From Bacteriovoracia bacterium (GTDB taxonomy: Bacteria > Bdellovibrionota > Bacteriovoracia > Bacteriovoracales > Bacteriovoracaceae), in contig JBKHVI010000001.1 of the NCBI GenBank assembly GCA_046570105.1, forward strand, positions 1 through 64,000: 64,000 bases of DNA, given 5' to 3'. Every line of letters begins with the position of its first letter. Positions within the stretch are counted from its first letter, which is position 1. This document shows, piece by piece, positions 57,121-64,000 of the stretch. Made by a program: the position numbers and the translations under genes. The notes under the pieces were generated by a model, which was not told where the DNA came from, did not search any database, and saw only the letters and a list, made by a program, of their open reading frames with translations.

Positions 57121-58401
57121 TTAGCGTTTGATGTTCAGAACTTCTTGCAACATCTGGTCCGAAGTTGTGATCGTACGAGTGTTCGCTTGGAAGTTACGTT
57201 GAGCTGCCATCAAGTTAATGAACTCGTTAGCAATATCGACGTTCGAAGCTTCAATAGACTTCGAGAGAACTTCACCGCGACCATCGAGACCCGGCTTGCC
57301 GATAGCGGCCTGACCAGATTTACGAGTTTCTTTGAACAAGTTCTTACCAGTTTTGAACAAGCCTTCAGTGTTTTCGAACTTCGCGATCGCCACTTGGCCC
57401 AATTCGCGTTGAACACCGTTGTCGTAAACCGCTGTGAGTACGCCGTCGTCATTGAATGACATTGAGGCAAGTGTCGCAGCTGAAGAACCGTTCTGACTGT
57501 GACGAGCCACTGAAGAACGTGAACCGTACTGAGTTGAAGCATCGATACCTGTTCCGCCGTCCTTGATTGACTTACCGAAGTCGAAAGCAATCTTCTGGCC
57601 TTGACCGGCGCCCTTGTTGAAATTGAAAGCGTTGTTCTTTTCAACTTCTTCTTCGAGCACACCTTTAGCATTGAACTTCAGTGTACCTGTTGCCATCTCA
57701 ACCATTTCACCTGGTTTTCCGCCTTGAGCGTCAGCACCGTCTACCAATGCATGGTAATCCCAGTTGCCGTCCGCGGTCTTATTGAAATAGAGAGTCACTA
57801 AGCGAGCTGTACCGACGTTGTCGTAAACAGTCACAGAGTTGTTGAAGTTTGAAGTCTTGTCTGGATTCTTTGGATCGAACTGCATAACGTTTTCACGGCT
57901 ATCAAGGTTCATTGAAAGCTTCACTTCTTCCGTAGCTGTCGCTGGAATTGTGGTGCTACCAAGCTTGATTGGCTCGAGTTTGTTTGTCATTTTACCATCA
58001 GCGTCCGGTTGGAAACCGTTTACACGGTAGCCGTCGCCGTTGATCATGTAGCCTTCTTTATCGAAATGGAATGAACCATCGCGAGTATAACCTTTACCAA
58101 ATGGTGCATCGACTTGGAAAAAGCCGTTACCGTTAATGGCAAGGTCAGTGATTGACTGGGTACGCTGAATGGTACCTTGAGTCCACTGTGGTGTGACGTG
58201 CGCAAGCTTAGTACCAGAACCGATCTGGTCACCGCCGTCGATACCTTTTAATGAGGATGCGAGAGTGTCTTGAAACTCTGCGCGAGATGATTTGAAACCG
58301 AAGGTGCCGGCGTTGGCGATGTTATCACCCACGACACTCATCGATGAGCCAGCTGCGTTCAGGCCCGTGATACCAATGTTAAACGATGAAAGAATACTCA
58401 T
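57121..58401 (-). CDS. flgE: flagellar hook protein
   Basis: GDNIANAGTFGFK, DLAINGNGFF, YTRDGSF, EASNVDIANE..QRNFQAN. Confidence 0.95.
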   Translation of the reverse strand: MSILSSFNIGITGLNAAGSSMSVVGDNIANAGTFGFKSSRAEFQDTLASSLKGIDGGDQIGSGTKLAHVTPQWTQGTIQRTQSITDLAINGNGFFQVDAPFGKGYTRDGSFHFDKEGYMINGDGYRVNGFQPDADGKMTNKLEPIKLGSTTIPATATEEVKLSMNLDSRENVMQFDPKNPDKTSNFNNSVTVYDNVGTARLVTLYFNKTADGNWDYHALVDGADAQGGKPGEMVEMATGTLKFNAKGVLEEEVEKNNAFNFNKGAGQGQKIAFDFGKSIKDGGTGIDASTQYGSRSSVARHSQNGSSAATLASMSFNDDGVLTAVYDNGVQRELGQVAIAKFENTEGLFKTGKNLFKETRKSGQAAIGKPGLDGRGEVLSKSIEASNVDIANEFINLMAAQRNFQANTRTITTSDQMLQEVLNIKR

Positions 58402-58547
58402 TCGTGTCCCTCCTAGACTTCTTGCTTGAGTTCTCTTGGTACTACAGACCTTGAGAGGGGCTTCCGGGAAGGACCAGCCTTATACTCAAACAAACGTTAA
58501 TATTACTACCGTCTCACACGTGGCTTCCGTTCCTCGTGTGTGATTTC

Positions 58548-58949
58548 TTAATTCATAAATATGGTCGAGTCGATCTTAGTAAAGACGTTCTCACCCATAC
58601 TGTCGCGATCAACTGCAGTCACCACCATGCCGCGATCTACGTCCATGACGTATGCCGCTTTATTTGTGATAACGAGCGAATCATGACCACCTTTCACGCG
58701 CAATTTTCCAAGAGCTTCTTGTAGCTTTATGTACTCTTGCGTATCAAATTCAATATTACGTTCCTGCAAACGTTTCGTAGCGTGAGTCGAAAGTTCTACA
58801 CCATTCTTCGCTTGCGGCTTTTCAGCTTGCTTCACGAGTTGATCGAACTCACTCTTCTGACCTGGGGTCAGTTTATTCGACGTCTGGGCCTTTTCCTGTG
58901 AAGGAAGGCTCGTGACATTGGGAATAAGTAAGTCGTTAATCCGTGACAT
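58548..58949 (-). CDS. flagellar operon protein (TIGR02530-like)
   Basis: STHATKRLQERNI, VVTAVD, ENVFTKIDS; position between flgD and flgE. Confidence 0.8.
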   Translation of the reverse strand: MSRINDLLIPNVTSLPSQEKAQTSNKLTPGQKSEFDQLVKQAEKPQAKNGVELSTHATKRLQERNIEFDTQEYIKLQEALGKLRVKGGHDSLVITNKAAYVMDVDRGMVVTAVDRDSMGENVFTKIDSTIFMN

Positions 58950-58961
58950 TTACTTCTCTAG

Positions 58962-59873
58962 TTAATCGTAAATTCCCTCTCCTTGTGCACGGTAAGCATT
59001 TTGTGCTTGCTGCGCGCTCGGAGCTGGAGCGTTATTCAATCTTAAGGCATTCTGTTGCTGTTGTGCAGTAGGCATGTTTTGCATTGCGCCTGTATTTTCT
59101 TGATTATGGAAACTCACTACATCACGCAAGAAAACTTTTTGTCCATCAACTGAAAGCACTGGCTCACCTTCATCAAAAGTCACACTCGTCACAAGACCTG
59201 TCGCCTGTGTGCGTGTAGGAACTTCTTGACCCGCAAGATCCCAAGCTTTGACTGTCGCTTTGTAATTTCCTTTAGCAGTCAACTGACCATCTAAAGTTAC
59301 ACCATCCCAAGTGACTTCATGAGCACCTTGAGACATACCATCTTTCCAGATCTCACCAACTGTTTGGCCTTTCTGATCTTGGATACGGATAAGAACTTTA
59401 GCTGCTTCGCCATCAAGCTTGAAGAGAACATCAGCGTTGCCGCCTTCTTCTTCAATCTTCAAAGATGAACCTGCAGTGACAACTTTTTTGCCAACAAAGT
59501 TTGCGGCATAAAATTTATCTTGGATCATTTGGTTTTTTTGAACCTTATCAAACTTTGAGTTTAAGTTTGAAAGCTGCTCGAGTTGTGAGAACTGAGCAAG
59601 TTCACCGGTCATTTTACCTTGATCCATCGGATTCATCGGATCTTGGTTTTGTAATTGATAAGTGAGGAGTTTCAAAAACTCATCCTTACCCATTTCATTA
59701 TGAGGACCGTCTTTATGAATGCCTTCTGGTTTTCTACCAGTGGCACGATTGATAATTTGTTCATCTAGTTGGCGTGCGCCACCACCAGTACGATTGGACA
59801 AAGCCTTGGGGGCCATAGTGACTTGGCGATATTGCTGTGCTTGTGGATCGACCGGGCGTCCAATTTCAGGCAT
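58962..59873 (-). CDS. flgD: flagellar hook capping protein
   Basis: GKDEFLKLLTYQLQNQDPMNPMD, LAQFSQLEQ, TWDG. Confidence 0.95.
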   Translation of the reverse strand: MPEIGRPVDPQAQQYRQVTMAPKALSNRTGGGARQLDEQIINRATGRKPEGIHKDGPHNEMGKDEFLKLLTYQLQNQDPMNPMDQGKMTGELAQFSQLEQLSNLNSKFDKVQKNQMIQDKFYAANFVGKKVVTAGSSLKIEEEGGNADVLFKLDGEAAKVLIRIQDQKGQTVGEIWKDGMSQGAHEVTWDGVTLDGQLTAKGNYKATVKAWDLAGQEVPTRTQATGLVTSVTFDEGEPVLSVDGQKVFLRDVVSFHNQENTGAMQNMPTAQQQQNALRLNNAPAPSAQQAQNAYRAQGEGIYD

Positions 59874-59875
59874 GG

Positions 59876-61186
59876 CTAGGCGACTTCCTTCTCACGCATG
59901 AGTTCCCAAAGATCGTGGCGGCGTTGTTGCTCTTCACGACGTTGGTTCTGTTCACTGCCGAACTGACGATCATGGCCTGGAGAACCTTGTTGATTCGATT
60001 GGCCCATATCTTTTTGTGAGTTCGAGCTCTGCTCCATCTTCAAATCAGTGACCGATACACCGGCCTGAGAAAGATGAGTCATAAGTTGTTCACGGTGTTG
60101 ACCTAAGAACATCTTGGCACCTTGATCTTGAGCAGCGATAGCAATGTTAACTGCATCGTTCACACCACGATTAACCGTGATATCCAAAAGACCTAAGTCT
60201 TGGTGCATAACTTTCATGTTCACTGTCGGCTCTTTAGCGGCTTTGGCTTGTACGATATAGTCAGTGACTTGAGTCAAAACAGTTTCAGCATCTAAGTTTT
60301 GTGACTTCGAAAGATTCTGCAAATCAAATACTTTCTGAGGAGCTTCATTTTCGGCTGCCATTAATGTCGCTGGTGCAGCTACTGCAAAAACAGTTTCAGC
60401 ATTCGTCATTTGTGGAGCCGTCATAAGTGGTGAAGTCTCAAGCGCTTTCAAAGACTCGTTATTCAATTGAGTCTTCACTGGCTCATTCAAAGTCGATTTC
60501 ATCGGCATGCCATAAGCATTAGGATTAATCGTTTTACCAGTCACCGCATTTTTCTGAGCTACGAAGTCTTCAAAGCCCATCAGTTGTGGATCAACTTCTG
60601 CTTTAGCAAAATCAATCGCCGGAGCACGCCCTGGCGTTTTAGCACTTTGCTGCATCAAAAGATCTTTCAATTGAAGCAACTCACCTTCCGCTGGCATCGC
60701 CTGAACTTGTTCTGCACCTTGCGGAAGAACAACTTCATTCACTTGCTTGATCAGCGTAGGGTCAATTAGCTTTGGAGTTGGCTCAGTTGAAAGTGGAAGA
60801 CTTTGTGGTGAGCGCTCCATGGCCCAATTCACTTCTTCCATTGTAACAGGAGCCGCTTGCATATTACCCTGTGGCTTCACTGCATGAACCAATGACTCGG
60901 AAGTAGGCATTGCTTCACCAAGAAGCTGAGTACTCAATTCGGGATTTAAAATGGCTTCACCATCGACCACAGGCATTGCTTCGCCAGTGACAACAGCTTC
61001 TTTGCCAGTCAGTGCATCAAGAGTATTCGCACGGCCTTCTCCAACCTGCTCCATGAGCATAGAAGCAAAGTCACCTGGCATGACTGGAGCTTCACCTACG
61101 AGCTTGTTGGCACCTTGAGGCGCGGTTTTACCTGCGCTCTTCGCTGCTACAATCTGTTGGTCTAGGTTTTGGATAGGCGTCATCAC
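59876..61186 (-). CDS. fliK: flagellar hook-length control protein
   Basis: Low-complexity N-terminus, C-terminal domain (DLGLLDITV..LSQAGV), Q-rich tail, upstream of flgD. Confidence 0.75.
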   Translation of the reverse strand: MMTPIQNLDQQIVAAKSAGKTAPQGANKLVGEAPVMPGDFASMLMEQVGEGRANTLDALTGKEAVVTGEAMPVVDGEAILNPELSTQLLGEAMPTSESLVHAVKPQGNMQAAPVTMEEVNWAMERSPQSLPLSTEPTPKLIDPTLIKQVNEVVLPQGAEQVQAMPAEGELLQLKDLLMQQSAKTPGRAPAIDFAKAEVDPQLMGFEDFVAQKNAVTGKTINPNAYGMPMKSTLNEPVKTQLNNESLKALETSPLMTAPQMTNAETVFAVAAPATLMAAENEAPQKVFDLQNLSKSQNLDAETVLTQVTDYIVQAKAAKEPTVNMKVMHQDLGLLDITVNRGVNDAVNIAIAAQDQGAKMFLGQHREQLMTHLSQAGVSVTDLKMEQSSNSQKDMGQSNQQGSPGHDRQFGSEQNQRREEQQRRHDLWELMREKEVA

Positions 61187-61205
61187 TCTGCGTTACCTCG
61201 TTGGG

Positions 61206-61754
61206 CTATCTTTTCATATTCATGTACTGTTTTTGAAGCCGGGCAGAAACTTCCTTGTCCATGAGATTAAAAATCTTAGACGCCTTCTTAGGATCAAGGA
61301 GTTGCAAAATCTGAACTGCAATGTCGGCTTCTTGCACAGATAAGAGCAAGGCAGCTTTTGCCGGTTGCATATTAGAGACGACTTCAACCTGTTGACTCAC
61401 ACGATTTTTGGCGTCTTCTTCATTTTTTTGCAAACAACCCAACACCGCATTTTGTTCGGCATTAAAATCTTTGATCTTCTTTTCTAAATCTTGCGAACTC
61501 ACTTTCAATTGGTCTTGACGCTTTTCTAGGTCAAGCTCTCTCAATCGAAGTGTCTCTTCTTTGGTAACAAGTTCTTTGGTGAGTTCACTGACACTTTTAT
61601 TTTTTACGTTATCAACTTGGCGACGAACTTCTTCAGCCACTTTTTTGGTGAATTCTTCTTCACTATAGGTCTTGCTTGCTTTGGCAGGCTTTGCGTTTTG
61701 GGCATAAGAGGTATTAATAAATAAGGTCACTAGGACAAGAATGAAGTACTTCAT
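61206..61754 (-). CDS. MotE/FlbB-like flagellar protein
   Basis: Signal peptide, coiled coil, MQPAKAA..LDPKKASKIFNLMD; position after fliJ. Confidence 0.75.
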   Translation of the reverse strand: MKYFILVLVTLFINTSYAQNAKPAKASKTYSEEEFTKKVAEEVRRQVDNVKNKSVSELTKELVTKEETLRLRELDLEKRQDQLKVSSQDLEKKIKDFNAEQNAVLGCLQKNEEDAKNRVSQQVEVVSNMQPAKAALLLSVQEADIAVQILQLLDPKKASKIFNLMDKEVSARLQKQYMNMKR

Positions 61755-62212
61755 CTTTCCTCCTGATTGCTTTTGAGGTTTTCACCCCATAATTGAACCA
61801 TCTCTTCAACTTTCATATTTTCTTCTTTATTAAAGGCTTTTTTCCAAGCCTGTAGATCTTTTTCTTTCAGATTTTCCATTAACTTTAAATCAGCACGTTT
61901 TTGAGTAAGTTCGACTTTTTTATCTGCTATCTTGGCATCTAAAAGCTCTATCTCTTTTTTAATCTCTTTAATTTTACTCTCTTTCCCGCTTACGGCCTGA
62001 GGAAAGAAAGCCGCATGAGATGCTTTCATGCCTTTCGACATGTGTGTTTCTTGTTCTGTGTAAGCCGATTGAATATCATGAAGAAGGGTTTCAATAAATT
62101 CGACTAAGTTTTGTCGCTCTACCATCAAGAGACCTAGTTCACTTCGACAGGTCTCTTCCAACATTGATCGCATCTTGCGGACTGCTTCGAGGCGGAATTG
62201 ATAGCGTTTCAT
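61751..62212 (-). CDS. fliJ: flagellar export protein FliJ
   Basis: YQFRLEAV start, coiled coil, immediately after fliI. Confidence 0.85.
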   Translation of the reverse strand: MKRYQFRLEAVRKMRSMLEETCRSELGLLMVERQNLVEFIETLLHDIQSAYTEQETHMSKGMKASHAAFFPQAVSGKESKIKEIKKEIELLDAKIADKKVELTQKRADLKLMENLKEKDLQAWKKAFNKEENMKVEEMVQLWGENLKSNQEER

Positions 62213-62215
62213 CTA

Positions 62216-63574
62216 TCACCCCTGAGGATAGCTTGGATCAACAGCACGCTCAGCTTTGCGGGCAATCTCAAGCATAAGATCAAACAACTCATTAATCGTG
62301 AGTTTCTCTGTCACGTCTTGGCGCAAGAGCGCATTAAGATCGTCAATAACAGCAATGGCTTTATCTACTTTAGTGTTACTGCCGCGGGCATAGGCACCGA
62401 CGGTAATAAGATCTTCACTTTGTTTATAGGCGGCCATCAAATCACGCAAGTGGCTGGCGACGATTTTGTGTTCGCGAGTAGAAACTTTGGGCATAACCCG
62501 TGACACACTCTGAAGAACATCAATAGCAGGATAATGATTTCGAGCGGCCAGCTCACGCGAAAGAACAATGTGACCATCTGAAATTGATCGAACTGCATCA
62601 GCGATTGGCTCATCCATATCGCCACCCTCTACAAGGACAGTGTAAATTCCTGTGATCGTCCCAGCGCCAGCTTTCGTTCCTGCTCGCTCCATTAATTTGG
62701 GAAGTTTGGCAAATACTGAAGGTGAATAACCTTTGGGGCCTGGTGCTTCACCACTTGATAAAGAAATTTCTCGGCTTGCCATAGCAAAACGGGTGATCGA
62801 ATCCATCATCAACAAAACGTCTTTGGATTGATCACGGAAATATTCTGCAATCGTAGTAGCGGCATACGCCGCCTTCATACGAATAAGAGCTGAGGTATCT
62901 GATGTCGCCACGATCACAACCGAACGTGCCAAGCCTTCTTCACCCAAATCACTTTGGATAAACTCGAGAACTTCTCGGCCACGTTCTCCGATCATAGCAA
63001 TGACGTTAATATCCGCAGAAGTATTGCGCGCTACCATTCCCATCAAAACTGATTTACCCACACCCGAACCGGCCATAATAGCTAAACGCTGACCTTTGCC
63101 GGCAGTGATAAATGAATTAATTGATTTAATGCCCACATCAAGTGGCTCACGAATCGGCGGACGATCTAGCGGGTTCATGGGCTGACCATAAATCGAGCGC
63201 GTCTCAAAAGTCCCTTCAAGAGGTCCCTTGCCATCCATCGGACGGCCTTGGAAATCCAAAACGCGGCCAAGCATAGCCGTGCTGACTTTAAGTTCAGTCA
63301 CAATATCTTTGAGATAAATTTTTGTTTCAGAATTGATGCCTGAGAGTTCATGATACGGCATCACCATACATTTACCGTTTTGCAAGGCGACCACTTCACC
63401 AAGAGAGCGATCACCTTGTTCTGTTTCAAACTCAACGTGTGAGCCAAGCACGGCCCTTGGTATGCTCGCCTCATAAACCATTCCGCGCGTTGAAACGATC
63501 TTACCTATGCGCTGCCAAGGCACGCGGTTTTCTGTCCACTTGGAAATATCTCGCAAGTGAAGCGAATCAGACAT
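62216..63574 (-). CDS. fliI: flagellar export ATPase
   Basis: AGSGVGKS, IGERGREV, MDSITRFA, DGHIVLSR. Confidence 0.95.
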   Translation of the reverse strand: MSDSLHLRDISKWTENRVPWQRIGKIVSTRGMVYEASIPRAVLGSHVEFETEQGDRSLGEVVALQNGKCMVMPYHELSGINSETKIYLKDIVTELKVSTAMLGRVLDFQGRPMDGKGPLEGTFETRSIYGQPMNPLDRPPIREPLDVGIKSINSFITAGKGQRLAIMAGSGVGKSVLMGMVARNTSADINVIAMIGERGREVLEFIQSDLGEEGLARSVVIVATSDTSALIRMKAAYAATTIAEYFRDQSKDVLLMMDSITRFAMASREISLSSGEAPGPKGYSPSVFAKLPKLMERAGTKAGAGTITGIYTVLVEGGDMDEPIADAVRSISDGHIVLSRELAARNHYPAIDVLQSVSRVMPKVSTREHKIVASHLRDLMAAYKQSEDLITVGAYARGSNTKVDKAIAVIDDLNALLRQDVTEKLTINELFDLMLEIARKAERAVDPSYPQG

Positions 63575-64000
63575 GATTCACCACGGTTTCATACATTTTA
63601 TCAATCGTTTGAAAGAGAGCTTCAGGTGTTGAGTCAAGAATGCCGTTTTCTGTTTCTAGAATGACTCCACGGCCTTTCATATCGACGTCTGGCTCGATAC
63701 GAAGATTAGTCAGCGAACCTAGACGTTTTTCTAGATCTGCAATGATCTGGGGCATATGGGCGAAATCATCAGGGTGAACGCGCAAAGTAATATTTTGACG
63801 CTGATTCATTTCAAGAATCATTTTCTCGATGAGCTTTGGTAAATAAGCCTCATCTTTAACTTCTTTTAATACCAACCACTTCACTAAGCGCTTACTCATC
63901 TCGTAAATATCACTCTTATGAGCTTCTAAGCGTGACTCACACTGCTGGCGAAGATCGACGAGCATGTTTTCCACTTCGTCGATTTGTTTCGCATGCTTCT
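63567..64000 (-). CDS. fliH: flagellar assembly protein FliH, C-terminal part (truncated by window end)
   Basis: LRVHPDD..GVILETENGILD directly upstream of fliI. Confidence 0.85.
   Translation of the reverse strand, partial: KHAKQIDEVENMLVDLRQQCESRLEAHKSDIYEMSKRLVKWLVLKEVKDEAYLPKLIEKMILEMNQRQNITLRVHPDDFAHMPQIIADLEKRLGSLTNLRIEPDVDMKGRGVILETENGILDSTPEALFQTIDKMYETVVNHV

Overview
This is a chromosomal segment from a flagellated bacterium, most likely a predatory Bdellovibrionota (Bacteriovoracaceae-like). That assignment is an inference from gene content and order, not a database result. Core genes include leuS, def, aspC, rluD-pgeF, gap-pgk-tpiA-secG, ssb, mreC-mreD-mrdA-rodA (no mreB), a ppiD/SurA-like gene and the fliH-fliI-fliJ-motE-fliK-flgD-flgE flagellar block. 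These are interspersed with many secreted hypothetical or hydrolytic proteins and several AT-rich one- or two-gene insertions (Fic, AAA+DUF4143, a DAFRH-domain/ankyrin fusion, a GT-C-like membrane protein). I recognised no rRNA, tRNA, CRISPR array, transposase or integrase. The most striking unexplained signal is a pair of ~170-bp intergenic elements at 32529-32693 and 46252-46423. Their long terminal inverted repeats are unrelated to each other, yet each encloses a 127-nt core with shared motifs and compensatory base changes. They are a candidate new family of structured RNA or non-autonomous mobile element.
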